Below, one piece after another: positions 52,966 through 61,977 of a DNA stretch of 64,000 nucleotides; the stretch's first letter is position 1, and each line of letters begins with the position of its first letter. The notes below the pieces were generated by a model. The model was not told the DNA's origin and did not search any database. It saw nothing but the letters and a program-made list of their open reading frames with translations. The position numbers were made by a program, and so were the translations under genes. Location: the NCBI GenBank assembly GCA_963703735.1, contig CAVPFM010000007.1, forward strand, positions 52,723 through 116,722, read 5' to 3'. Origin of the DNA: an uncultured Acidobacteriota bacterium (GTDB lineage Bacteria; Acidobacteriota; Terriglobia; Terriglobales; Acidobacteriaceae).

Positions 52966-54159
52966 ATGCGCTGCGCTCGCTGCGGCAATGAAAATCCGGA
53001 GGAGAACCGCTTCTGCGGGATGTGCGGGGCCACGTTATTGGCGACGCCCGCCGTGGCAGAGACACAGACCCAGCGCGCAGCCGGCGCGAGCCCTGTCCTT
53101 CCCACACCGGTAACGACTCCCCCAACACCTTCGGTGCCGCGCCAGGTTGACGGGCCTCGTCCTGTCCCTCCGCCTCCTCGAGATCCGCCAACCATCAGTG
53201 GACCTTCGTTTTTGGGCTTGAATGATCCGGGTCCGCGGAAGCGCGCCAGCTTAAGCATTGATCCACACGCTCCGGGATCGAGGGGCATCGACTATCTTCT
53301 GGATGATGAAGAGGAGCCGAGAAGCGGAGGCGCGGGAAAGTTCATTCTGATCCTGATCGCTCTCGCGTTGGCCGTGGGCTTCGGATATTTGCGCTGGAAG
53401 AACCAGGGGTTTGCGTGGCTGAATACGGGTGGGCACAAGCCTTCGGCTGCGGCACAAAGTCCGAGCGATGCTGATACCGGTACTCCTTCTAGCTCGCCCG
53501 CCAGTTCTCCGGCCAATTCGCCAGCGGCGGGGTCTCCGAGCATGACTCCGGACGCGCAAACACCAGCAGCGAACCAGCCCGCGGCGACACAGCCGGCTAC
53601 AACGCCCGCGCAGCCGCCCTCAGCAACGGGTCCTAGCGGGAATACAGCGGCGAATCCGCCTGGGGGAACGGGGACGGCATCGCCATCGAGTGCAGCTCCG
53701 GCGAAGAGCGACAATTCAAACGCGGCCAAAGCGAATCCGCCAGCCGATTCAGATGATTCGGATACAGCGGATGACAATGACACCGCGACGGCTGCAGCAA
53801 AGCCGGCGAAACCGGCGGCAAAGCCGTCCGCGGCGGCGCCGAAGCCGGTTCGGACCGGCGATCCGGTGAGCGAAGCGCAGAGATATCTCTACGGGAAGGG
53901 CTCGCCTCAGGATTGCGATCGCGGGCTGCGGATTTTGAAGCCCGCCGCGAATGAAGCAAATCCGAAGGCCATGATCCAAATGGGAGCGCTTTATTCCGCG
54001 GGGTTGTGTACGCCGCGCGACCTGCCGACGGCGTATCGCTGGTTCGCTCTAGCGCTGCGCAAGGATCCAGACAACATGGCGGTGCAGACGGATCTGCAAA
54101 AATTGTGGGGAGAGATGACGCAGCCGGAGAGGCAGCTGGCGATCAAGTTGTCGCAATAG
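52966..54159 (+). CDS. Zinc-ribbon / TM / low-complexity / Sel1-repeat protein
   Basis: 397 aa. N-terminal MRCARCGNENPEENRFCGMCG. One TM segment (FILILIALALAVGFGYL). A P/A/S-rich linker. C-terminal Sel1-like repeats (IQMGALYSAGLCTPRDLPTAYRWFALAL). Confidence 0.7.
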   Translation: MRCARCGNENPEENRFCGMCGATLLATPAVAETQTQRAAGASPVLPTPVTTPPTPSVPRQVDGPRPVPPPPRDPPTISGPSFLGLNDPGPRKRASLSIDPHAPGSRGIDYLLDDEEEPRSGGAGKFILILIALALAVGFGYLRWKNQGFAWLNTGGHKPSAAAQSPSDADTGTPSSSPASSPANSPAAGSPSMTPDAQTPAANQPAATQPATTPAQPPSATGPSGNTAANPPGGTGTASPSSAAPAKSDNSNAAKANPPADSDDSDTADDNDTATAAAKPAKPAAKPSAAAPKPVRTGDPVSEAQRYLYGKGSPQDCDRGLRILKPAANEANPKAMIQMGALYSAGLCTPRDLPTAYRWFALALRKDPDNMAVQTDLQKLWGEMTQPERQLAIKLSQ

Positions 54160-54180
54160 GTGCGCGTTCTTGCCGTTTAC

Positions 54181-54254
54181 CTCGCGAGGGTGGCGGGGTT
54201 CGTCGCGCTGCACGGGACAGCAAGTTCCTCGATCGCTTCGCTCCTCGGAATGAC
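54181..54254 (-). repeat. GTCATYCCGA...GCGAAG family repeat (copy 3)
   Basis: The minus strand reads GTCATTCCGAGGAGCGAAGCGATCGAGGAACTTGCTGTCCCGTGCAGCGCGACGAACCCCGCCACCCTCGCGAG. Between convergent genes. Confidence 0.5.
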
Positions 54255-54331
54255 AAGAGCCGGAGGGGCGATAAGAGCCGGACCGGCGGCTGCGTTAATT
54301 CCCTGGCCCGGCCCGGAATTCGATTTACGTT

Positions 54332-56308
54332 CTAGACTTCGTCTTGCTCTTTCAGTTTGGCGATTACGCCGAAATCTTCGAGCGTGGTTGTGTCGCCTTT
54401 CACGTCTCCGTTGGTGGCGAGTTCGCGGAGGAGACGGCGCATGATTTTTCCACTGCGCGTTTTGGGCAGACTGTCGGTGAAGCGGATGTCGTCAGGCTTG
54501 GCCAGCGCTCCGATTTCTTTTGCGACCCACTTGCGCAACTCTTCCTTCAGTTCGGCGGTGGGCTGTCTTCCCTGCTCCAGCGTTACGAAAGCGGAAATCG
54601 CCTGACCTTTTAGATCGTCGGGACGTCCGACTACCGCGGCTTCCGCGACCGCTTCGTGCGCCACCAGCGCGCTTTCGACTTCCATGGTGCTGAGGCGGTG
54701 TCCGCTGACGTTGAGGACGTCGTCGACGCGGCCCATGATCCAGAAATATCCGTCTTTGTCTTTGCGGGCGCCGTCACCGGTGAAGTACATGCCGGGAATC
54801 TGCGACCAGTAATTCTTCACGTAGCGATCAGGATCGCCGTAGACCGTGCGCAGCATGCCGGGCCACGGCCGCTTGATGACGAGAAATCCGCCCGAGCCCT
54901 CTGGGACAGGCTGGCCCTCCATGGTGACGATTTCAGCCACGACTCCCGGGAACGGGCGCGTTGCCGAGCCGGGCGTGGTCGCGATGGCGCCAGGGATCGG
55001 CGTGAGCATGATGTGACCAGTTTCGGTCTGCCACCAGGTATCAACGATGGGACAACGATTTCCGCCGATGGTTTCGCGATACCACATCCAGGCCTCGGGA
55101 TTGATGGGCTCACCGACGGTGCCGAGCAGGCGCAGGCTGGACATGTCGTGCTTCTTTGGCCACTGGTCACCCCACTTGATGAAGGTACGGATGGCCGTGG
55201 GCGCGGTGTAGAAGATGTTCACTTGGTGGCGGGCGATGATCGACCAGAAACGATCGGGCTCGGGACAATTCGGAGCACCTTCGTACATCAGGCTGGTAGC
55301 GCCGTTTTGCAGCGGGCCGTAGACGATGTAGCTGTGGCCGGTCACCCAACCGATGTCAGCTGTACACCAGTACGTGTCTTCCTCCTTGAGATCGAAAACC
55401 CACTTGGTGGTGAGATAGGTACCGACGGAATAGCCGCCGGTAGTGTGGACAACGCCCTTCGGTTTGCCGGTGGTGCCGGAGGTGTAGAGGATGTAGAGCG
55501 GGTGCTCGGCGTCGAGAGGCTCGGCGGGACAGACATCGGAGGCCTGGGCCATCAACTCGTGCCACCAGTGGTCGCGTCCGGCTTGCATGTGGATGGGAGT
55601 TCCGGTGCGCTTGTAGACAACGACGTGCTTCACGCTGGGACAAGACCTGAGCGCTTCTTCGACTGCGGGGAATAATTTCACTTCGGCGCCGCGCCGGTAA
55701 GAGCCATCCTGCGTGATGACGGCTGAGGCTTGCGAGTCATGAATGCGGTCGATGAGCGCGTTGGAAGAGAATCCGCCGAAGACGACGGTGTGCGGCGCTC
55801 CGATGCGGGCGCACGCCAGCATGGCGATGGGGAGCTCGGGCGTCATGCCCATGTAGATGGCGACGCGGTCTCCCTTTTTTACGCCGAGGGACTTGAGCAC
55901 ATTCGCGAACTTCTGCACTTCGCGATGGAGTTGCTGGTAGGTGAGGGTGCGGATTTCTCCGGGCTCGCTTTCCCAGATGATGGCGGCTTTATTTTTTCGC
56001 CAAGTCTCAACGTGGCGATCGAGACAGTTGTAGGAGAGATTGATCTGTCCGCCGACGAACCACTTTGCCCAGGGGCAATTCCACTCGAGCACCTTGTCCC
56101 ACTTCTTGAACCAGTGCAGTTCGCTGGCGACCCGCGACCAGAAAGTGTCGGGATCGTCGACCGATTCTTTGTAGAGGCGCTCGTATTCCGCGAGGCTCTT
56201 AATGTGGGCGTGACGGCTGAATTCGGCGGGCGGCTCGAATCTCCGCTGCTCCTGCAGGATGGAATCGATGTTGGTAGATTGCGTATCCATGAGTGCTTTG
56301 TCGGCCAT
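54332..56308 (-). CDS. acs: Acetyl-CoA synthetase
   Basis: 658 aa. AMP-binding motif [12 protein letters not shown]; [15 protein letters not shown]; C-terminal [12 protein letters not shown]. Confidence 0.95.
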   Translation of the reverse strand: MADKALMDTQSTNIDSILQEQRRFEPPAEFSRHAHIKSLAEYERLYKESVDDPDTFWSRVASELHWFKKWDKVLEWNCPWAKWFVGGQINLSYNCLDRHVETWRKNKAAIIWESEPGEIRTLTYQQLHREVQKFANVLKSLGVKKGDRVAIYMGMTPELPIAMLACARIGAPHTVVFGGFSSNALIDRIHDSQASAVITQDGSYRRGAEVKLFPAVEEALRSCPSVKHVVVYKRTGTPIHMQAGRDHWWHELMAQASDVCPAEPLDAEHPLYILYTSGTTGKPKGVVHTTGGYSVGTYLTTKWVFDLKEEDTYWCTADIGWVTGHSYIVYGPLQNGATSLMYEGAPNCPEPDRFWSIIARHQVNIFYTAPTAIRTFIKWGDQWPKKHDMSSLRLLGTVGEPINPEAWMWYRETIGGNRCPIVDTWWQTETGHIMLTPIPGAIATTPGSATRPFPGVVAEIVTMEGQPVPEGSGGFLVIKRPWPGMLRTVYGDPDRYVKNYWSQIPGMYFTGDGARKDKDGYFWIMGRVDDVLNVSGHRLSTMEVESALVAHEAVAEAAVVGRPDDLKGQAISAFVTLEQGRQPTAELKEELRKWVAKEIGALAKPDDIRFTDSLPKTRSGKIMRRLLRELATNGDVKGDTTTLEDFGVIAKLKEQDEV

Positions 56309-56426
56309 GCGGCAACCTCAACGTGGAGGAATGATTTTTTCGCGTCCAAAAATCGGACACAGAATTTGCGAAGTTTATTCTACACACGAATGGCTGGATG
56401 TGACGGGGATCACAGGCCGGAGATAT

Positions 56427-57350
56427 TCACTTTTTCCCGATAAACCAGCCCAGCAGGTGGCTTTCGAATTGCTGCGGCGCTGTGGACATGGCACCGCAGT
56501 GATCGGCGCCGGGAACTTCCCATAGAACGGTCGCGGGGCTACGGGCGTGAATCAATCGGGAATGGCGGACGGGAATATTGCTATCGATTTGACCGTGAAT
56601 GGGCAGCACCGGGACGTGTGACGCGGCGACCGCGTCCGTTGGAGAGATCTCCCGCATATCTAGCTTGTACTTCCAGCGTGCGCGAAGGAATGCAATGTCG
56701 ACGAGCGGGCGGAGGAGAGTTCGGCCGATCCAGGGCCCGCGATGAAAGGGCTGCCCCATGCGATCGTAAGCGATCTCGCGAAAATCAGAGAACGAGGATT
56801 CGGCAACGACGGAACAGAACCGACTCTCACTTTGAAGAGACTGCAACAATTCTGCAGCTCCCATTGATTCGCCCAAGCCGTAGATGCAGCGCGGATGGAT
56901 TTCAGCAGAGAGTAAATCGAACCATTGATGGATGTCCTTGCGCTCGAGGAGTCCGTAGGTTGCCAAAGCGCCGCCGCTGAGGCCATGAGCGCGCGCATCG
57001 GGCAGGAGCACTGTGAATCCGTGCACGAGCAGGAACTCGGCGTATCCGGTCATTCCGAGGCGATTGTCGCCCAGGCCGTGAAGCAGCACGACAGCATCGC
57101 CGTTCGAGTGGACGGGACGCAGGAGCCAGGCACGCAGGACCGCGGCATCGGGAGCGGTGATGGATACATCCTCCATCTGCGCGTTCAGTTCGCCGACAGA
57201 TTGACGGAAACCGGCGACTTCTTGCTCTGTCAGTGGACGGCGAGCCGGACGTAGCGTCGCGTCCGCCAAATAAATGCCGCCGATCGAGCAAAGAGCGAAA
57301 TACATGGTGAATGCGAAGATCAGCCAACGCAGTCTGCGGCGGGAACGCAT
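56427..57350 (-). CDS. Membrane-anchored alpha/beta hydrolase
   Basis: 307 aa. N-terminal TM segment. HGLGDN; nucleophile elbow GESMG; C-terminal GADHCG. Confidence 0.75.
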   Translation of the reverse strand: MRSRRRLRWLIFAFTMYFALCSIGGIYLADATLRPARRPLTEQEVAGFRQSVGELNAQMEDVSITAPDAAVLRAWLLRPVHSNGDAVVLLHGLGDNRLGMTGYAEFLLVHGFTVLLPDARAHGLSGGALATYGLLERKDIHQWFDLLSAEIHPRCIYGLGESMGAAELLQSLQSESRFCSVVAESSFSDFREIAYDRMGQPFHRGPWIGRTLLRPLVDIAFLRARWKYKLDMREISPTDAVAASHVPVLPIHGQIDSNIPVRHSRLIHARSPATVLWEVPGADHCGAMSTAPQQFESHLLGWFIGKK

Positions 57351-57413
57351 GGTCGAATGAGGATACGCGGTCGGATGGTTTGCCGTTCCCCGTCTTCTAC
57401 ACCGATCAACAGA

Positions 57414-57860
57414 TCAGAGGTCGAGGAAGCGAGACCGGGTGGCATCGGTTGGGAGCGGACAGGCATCGTAGCGGCCGAAGATGCGATAGCGGTGACGCGC
57501 TACGAGGCAGTAGGCCCAATCCCTGATTAGGTGCGGAAGAAGCCGCATTATGAGAGCGAGGTGCCTCCAAATTTCACCCAGTTGCTCGATTACAAATAGA
57601 ACCGCGTCGGAACGGGAGAGCAATGATCCGGCGGGATGCGGATCATTCGCAGAATTCTGGTTCGGATCGTAGTCAAGAACGACATAGATCGTGTCGAGGG
57701 CCGCTACATTTGGGTGCTGCCGGGCGAGGATGTCTTTAGCCAAGGAGCTCTGCAGCGAGGCGAACCGAAAAATACCTTCGCTGTCGCGCTTCAGGATGAA
57801 CTTGACCATGCGGTCGCAGAGTCCGCAAACGCCATCGTAAAGGATGAGGGGATGGCTCAA
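57414..57860 (-). CDS. DCC-family thiol-disulfide oxidoreductase (DUF393)
   Basis: 148 aa, TTG start. N-terminal LILYDGVCGLCD motif. Confidence 0.75.
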   Translation of the reverse strand: MSHPLILYDGVCGLCDRMVKFILKRDSEGIFRFASLQSSLAKDILARQHPNVAALDTIYVVLDYDPNQNSANDPHPAGSLLSRSDAVLFVIEQLGEIWRHLALIMRLLPHLIRDWAYCLVARHRYRIFGRYDACPLPTDATRSRFLDL

Positions 57861-58101
57861 CTGTTTTTGCGCTTCGGCTTCAGGGTCTTGTCCGCGAATC
57901 TATCAATAGCGGTACCAACTGAGCAAATTGGCGAGGTGGCCTCCCAGGAGGCGGCTGACTCGCCGGAGCGGCGGGTGATCGAAGCATTGGAGCTTGGACG
58001 AATTGGAAGCTGCGGCATCACCGGCGTCGTGCTTGGATCCGTCGGCGGAAAAGCTGGATTTGTATCCTTCTGGTAATTGCTGTCGCGTATCCATAAATTT
58101 C

Positions 58102-58968
58102 TTATTTCGCAAACTGGGAGAGCGGAACACTTCTCACCGCGTTCTCGTTCGCTTGATCGGCGAGGAGCCCGGTGGGGTATCCGAGGCATGCGAGTGTTGC
58201 GGCGGCATAGTGCTCAATGAGCGCAGTTTGCTTCTGATTCAGTTTTTGGCGCCAGCCCTGAGCGACTCCCGAACTGATCAGGCGGCCTTCATGCATTCGG
58301 CTTTTGGGCAAGGTGGCGGATTGATCTTCTTTCGCGCGCATCTTTTCGATGGAGTTGTTTGCGCAGGCGCGATGAATCGTGGCGGGATCGGCCGGCATTG
58401 CCAGGAACGTCAGCGCACGCGACATCGTCGACTCGACGTCGTTGCAGACATCCTCGAAACGCAATAGCAGCAAGTTGCCGCTTGCGGCTAAAGGAGAGTT
58501 GAGCCACTCCTGGATGTGATTCTGCCAAGCACCCCAACGCGATGTTTTCCCCTGCATGAAGGGCTCGATGTATCGGTCAAGGGCAGCCGAATCGAGAAGA
58601 TCCATGGCGGCTTCGCGCGCGAAACTGGAGAGCAGGACGTCGCGCACATCTCGGACGACATAGATTGCGCGACGGTACTTGCGGCGGTAGCGTTCGTGGG
58701 TTTTGATCAAGCGTCCGCCACCAGGAAGAAGCGGATGCGCATACACGTGGACGCCGATCTCAGGAACGAGGCGCTGTACATTTTCGAAAGAACACAGCGC
58801 GCCACTGATCGCTTCGGCGAGAGGAAAGCGCAGAAGCGTATTGCCGGACCTGGGATAGGAGGCCAGAAATACGTCACTCGAGTCCAAGCCAAGATGTCGA
58901 ACCCAAACCAGAGGAGCCCGCAGCGAGGTGCGCGAAACTCGCGCGCGAATTCTGATCACGGCCGACAC
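58102..58968 (-). CDS. Sulfotransferase (Sulfotransfer_1-like, PAPS-dependent)
   Basis: 288 aa. The GTG start directly abuts the upstream stop (TGAGTG). 5'-PSB-like loop SYPRSGNTLL; 3'-PB-like IYVVRDVRDVLLS. Confidence 0.8.
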   Translation of the reverse strand: MSAVIRIRARVSRTSLRAPLVWVRHLGLDSSDVFLASYPRSGNTLLRFPLAEAISGALCSFENVQRLVPEIGVHVYAHPLLPGGGRLIKTHERYRRKYRRAIYVVRDVRDVLLSSFAREAAMDLLDSAALDRYIEPFMQGKTSRWGAWQNHIQEWLNSPLAASGNLLLLRFEDVCNDVESTMSRALTFLAMPADPATIHRACANNSIEKMRAKEDQSATLPKSRMHEGRLISSGVAQGWRQKLNQKQTALIEHYAAATLACLGYPTGLLADQANENAVRSVPLSQFAK

Positions 58969-60066
58969 TCAGACCTCTTTAGCCCCAACGAGTTCAGACT
59001 GAGAACGGAGGGCGGCTTCGGTCTTCACGGAGGGAGTCGCGGGCGTATCTCGATACTTCCTCTTGCGATAGCCTTGAAGAAGCGATAGCGGCGCCATCGA
59101 GAAGCAAAATGCAGTGAAACTATCGAAGGCGCGCAGAACGCGGTAGGTCAGCTTGTCCTTAATGCGTTGCAGCAGGTCAGCAGAGTTTGCCTTCGAGGCG
59201 TCAGCGCTCGGATAGGGCGGCCAGTTGCCCACGAAATGCTTGCGCCAGAAAACCACGTAGCGATCGATCTTGGCGCGTAGATCGTTGTCGACGACGTTGG
59301 GACGTGGGCCCGCAACGATCTTGTCCCCTTTGACGAACGCATGATGCTGGCCTCCGTAGATAGCGGTGCGATCCGCGCCTTGCAGATTCGCCAGATCATC
59401 CTGATACGGAATCTGCAGAAAGCTGCAGACTTCCCGCATGACCGCCGGAGTGTCGCGCACCAAATCTTCATAACTGAGGGCATAGACCGGCTTGCCGTGT
59501 GCAACCAGCCAATCGTGCTGCTGCTTGTAGACTCCATAACCGATCAGTCCGCGGAGGGTTGATCCCGGACGCTTGAAGTAGGAGTTCCCGCTCTTGGCGG
59601 CACGCAAGATGCTGTTGGCCGTACCCGCCGGATCGCGCCAGACGATGATGAACTTGGCGTTGGGAAATGTCTCAGCCATTTCCTGCAGACGGTCGTAGTA
59701 GTTGGGAGATTTGTCGCCCCAGATCGTCGCACCTTTGCGGCGTGCGAATTCTTTGTGGACCGCTTCGAAAGCCTTCGGGAAATCCGCGATGCCCTGATTG
59801 AAGTCTTGGACGTTGAGGCCGTGACGGGTGAAGGCCTGATTCCAGAATTCCCAACGCTGTGCCCAGTCGCAGGAGCGTCCGGCCTTCAGGAATGCTGAGC
59901 GCAGCAGCAGCAAGTCGGCCTCATACATGAGTCCGACCTGCGGATGCTTGTTCAACAAGGCGTAGAGCAACGACGAACCCGACCGCCACATGCTGACCAC
60001 AAAGAGCGGGCCCAAAACCTGCCCCGTCGCAGTATGGGTGGTCGGTTTAGCTGATGGCGATGGCAT
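58969..60066 (-). CDS. Sulfotransferase family protein (Sulfotransfer_3-like)
   Basis: Start re-set to the ATG at 60066 (MPSPSAKP...). P-loop-like SMWRSGSSLLYALL; KFIIVWRDP. Hydrophobic/amphipathic C-terminal segment AFDSFTAFCFSMAPLSLL. Overlaps the upstream gene by 20 nt. Confidence 0.7.
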   Translation of the reverse strand: MPSPSAKPTTHTATGQVLGPLFVVSMWRSGSSLLYALLNKHPQVGLMYEADLLLLRSAFLKAGRSCDWAQRWEFWNQAFTRHGLNVQDFNQGIADFPKAFEAVHKEFARRKGATIWGDKSPNYYDRLQEMAETFPNAKFIIVWRDPAGTANSILRAAKSGNSYFKRPGSTLRGLIGYGVYKQQHDWLVAHGKPVYALSYEDLVRDTPAVMREVCSFLQIPYQDDLANLQGADRTAIYGGQHHAFVKGDKIVAGPRPNVVDNDLRAKIDRYVVFWRKHFVGNWPPYPSADASKANSADLLQRIKDKLTYRVLRAFDSFTAFCFSMAPLSLLQGYRKRKYRDTPATPSVKTEAALRSQSELVGAKEV

Positions 60067-60706
60067 GTTTCGCCTCAATGTCCGCGGAATGCGCGGGGAA
60101 CGCGACAACGGGATTCGCCTCCGAGGAACGCATCCTCCACGCGCCATCCACTTTTTCGATAAACGTCACGGTGCCGGTGGACGGTCCTCCCTGCACCGGA
60201 ACTCGATCACGATCTCCGTGTTCGAGGATGGTCTTCGCCGCAAGGAGATTTCGCACGTGGGTCACGGCAACGATATACCCTGATGATTGCTCCGCCAGAG
60301 CGAGCATCTCGGTCAGGCGTCGCGAATAGCGGGCGTAGAACTGATGAAACGATTCGCCGTTCGGAGCCGGCAAGTCTGGACGCTCGTTCAGCAGATTCAG
60401 AAACGGGATGATCTCCCGCAGCAGTTGGCCGCCGAATACGCCCAGGTTCCACGGGCGAAGTTCGTCTGTGGTGACCACGGACGCATTGGTAGTACGGCGA
60501 ATCGCTTCTGCCGTCTGGCCAGCTCGCTTCAAATCGGAAGAGTAGATAGCGGTGACGGGATAACCAGCGATCTGGAGAGCGGTTTCCTCCGCTTCCTGCA
60601 AGCCTTGCTCATCGAGCGGAATGTCGAGCCAAGCGCGCAAACGCTCTTCTTTGCCGTGACTGTTAAGGGGAGTATGTCCGTGCCGAATCAGAATAAGCTT
60701 ACCCAC
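60047..60706 (-). CDS. Histidine phosphatase superfamily (PGAM-like) protein
   Basis: Start re-set to the GTG at 60706, with AGGAG 8 nt upstream. RHG motif KLILIRHGHT; later VTHVRN. Confidence 0.75.
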   Translation of the reverse strand: MGKLILIRHGHTPLNSHGKEERLRAWLDIPLDEQGLQEAEETALQIAGYPVTAIYSSDLKRAGQTAEAIRRTTNASVVTTDELRPWNLGVFGGQLLREIIPFLNLLNERPDLPAPNGESFHQFYARYSRRLTEMLALAEQSSGYIVAVTHVRNLLAAKTILEHGDRDRVPVQGGPSTGTVTFIEKVDGAWRMRSSEANPVVAFPAHSADIEAKHAIAIS

Positions 60707-60827
60707 AGATTGGACTCCTATTGAGATTTGTATGGCGCACGACAATGACGGTGCTATATACGGGATGCAGAGGCGTCGTCATGGACGTGTTGAACCGGAG
60801 GGGGAATCGTCAATCTATAGTAGTCCG

Positions 60828-60870
60828 ATTGACATTATGGGAATGTAACACGTCAGTAACAATTGTCAAT
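60828..60870 (+). promoter_or_regulatory. Inverted repeat ATTGACA/TGTCAAT enclosing two phased hexamers GTAACA-N5-GTAACA
   Basis: Inverted-repeat arms at 60828-60834 and 60864-60870. GTAACA at 60845-60850 and 60856-60861 (plus strand). Lies in an AT-rich 272-nt gap upstream of the phosphatase-sulfotransferase genes. The hexamer and 6+5 phasing match the pst sites. Confidence 0.4.
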
Positions 60871-61017
60871 AGGAATTTGGTGGTAGAGATGGCACTTTTC
60901 ACCCTGTATCAAACACGCGATTCCCGCACTGGACGCCGCTTTCCGGCCGACTAAGCCCATGAGGCAGGACTGGCGTTTCACCCGCTGCGCGGTCTCGACT
61001 CCTTCAAGAAGACGAGG

Positions 61018-61398
61018 CTAGCCCGCCAAAAGAGCCACTCCGCCGGCAACCAAGGCGGCGGCGATCCAGCGGCGGCGGTCGACTTTCTCATGAAGGAAGA
61101 ACCTCGCGGCGAAGGCATTGCCGATGAAGGTAAGGGAGGCGGCGGCGGGGGCGACAAGGCTGACATCTCCCCAGGACAGCGCAAAGAGCAGGCTGAAAAA
61201 TGCGAGCGCCATGGCCGTCACGCCGAAAAAGAAATTCGGATTACCGAGAGTGCGGCCGATGACGGTCCCCAGTCCGCGGCGCTTCCATACATCGTGCACG
61301 TCGCCAACCTGCTTCATCGCACGGGCGAGGACGACGTCCCCGACGACGGAAAAGAAAACGACGACGAGAATCCCACCCCAGGTGTAGAGGCTCTTCAT
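61018..61398 (-). CDS. Half-size EamA/DMT-superfamily membrane protein (4 TM)
   Basis: 126 aa, four predicted TM helices. The ATG overlaps the upstream stop (ATGA at 61395-61398). Confidence 0.65.
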   Translation of the reverse strand: MKSLYTWGGILVVVFFSVVGDVVLARAMKQVGDVHDVWKRRGLGTVIGRTLGNPNFFFGVTAMALAFFSLLFALSWGDVSLVAPAAASLTFIGNAFAARFFLHEKVDRRRWIAAALVAGGVALLAG

Positions 61399-61844
61399 CG
61401 CTTGCCTCCGCCTGCGGCCGCCGAGACAACAACCTCTTGAGCATCTTCTTCCGCCTCGGGATGAGAGTGCGAGGTGAGGGCCGGACCTCCGGCAACGAAG
61501 CTGACGCCACCGGAAATGAGAGCTATGCCCATCCAGCGCAGCGGGCTGACTTGCTCGTGCAGGAAGAACTTGGCGACCAGGGCCAGCAGAACGTATCCGA
61601 GCGAAGTTGCGGGCAGGACATACGTGAGGTCCGCCCAGGAAAGCGCATTCATGTAGGAAGCGAAGAAGGCGAGCAGCAAGATAATGCCGACCGCGACCCA
61701 GGGATTGAGAACCGCTGAGATGACGCCCTGGAGATGATGGACGGAAATCCTGCCGGTCTGCTTCATCCCGTGCGAGAGCATGGAGTCACCAGCCGCTGCG
61801 AAGACGGTCACTCCAGCCAGCACCAGATACTTGCGGAAGGTCAA
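61395..61844 (-). CDS. Half-size EamA/DMT-superfamily membrane protein (4 TM), paralogue of the downstream gene
   Basis: 149 aa, TTG start. Shares motifs with its neighbour (GD..L...MKQ.G; LSW.D....P). Acidic C-terminal tail. Confidence 0.6.
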   Translation of the reverse strand: MTFRKYLVLAGVTVFAAAGDSMLSHGMKQTGRISVHHLQGVISAVLNPWVAVGIILLLAFFASYMNALSWADLTYVLPATSLGYVLLALVAKFFLHEQVSPLRWMGIALISGGVSFVAGGPALTSHSHPEAEEDAQEVVVSAAAGGGKR

Positions 61845-61850
61845 CGGCAG

Positions 61851-61916
61851 TTCTCAGTTCTCAGCTGTCAGTTCTCAGTCCGGTTTTCAACGTTAGATTA
61901 TCTGGACTGAGAACTG
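61851..61916. repeat. Four tandem heptamers overlapping a 13-bp inverted repeat
   Basis: TTCTCAG TTCTCAG CTGTCAG TTCTCAG (61851-61878). CAGTTCTCAGTCC (61869-61881) pairs with GGACTGAGAACTG (61904-61916). Lies between the hpnJ 3' end and the EamA-like start. Confidence 0.8.
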
Positions 61917-61977
61917 GTTCCAAGAATCAGGTACGCAAAATCAGTTCCCGGCTCACAAATTGTTACTCTGAGATTTG

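Noticed and set aside
57861-58101. 241-nt gap between the sulfotransferase and DCC genes, containing short minus-strand ORFs (57903-58130; a possible 63-aa ORF from the ATG at 58093).
   Set aside because: No SD sequence, no recognisable motif and mixed codon bias. Treated as intergenic, though a small protein cannot be excluded.
60721-60954. 77-aa plus-strand ORF in the AT-rich gap upstream of the histidine-phosphatase gene. It would lie downstream of the plus-oriented GTAACA hexamers.
   Set aside because: The ORF begins upstream of the hexamers, has no SD sequence, and its composition is unlike the other genes. It is most likely non-coding promoter DNA.
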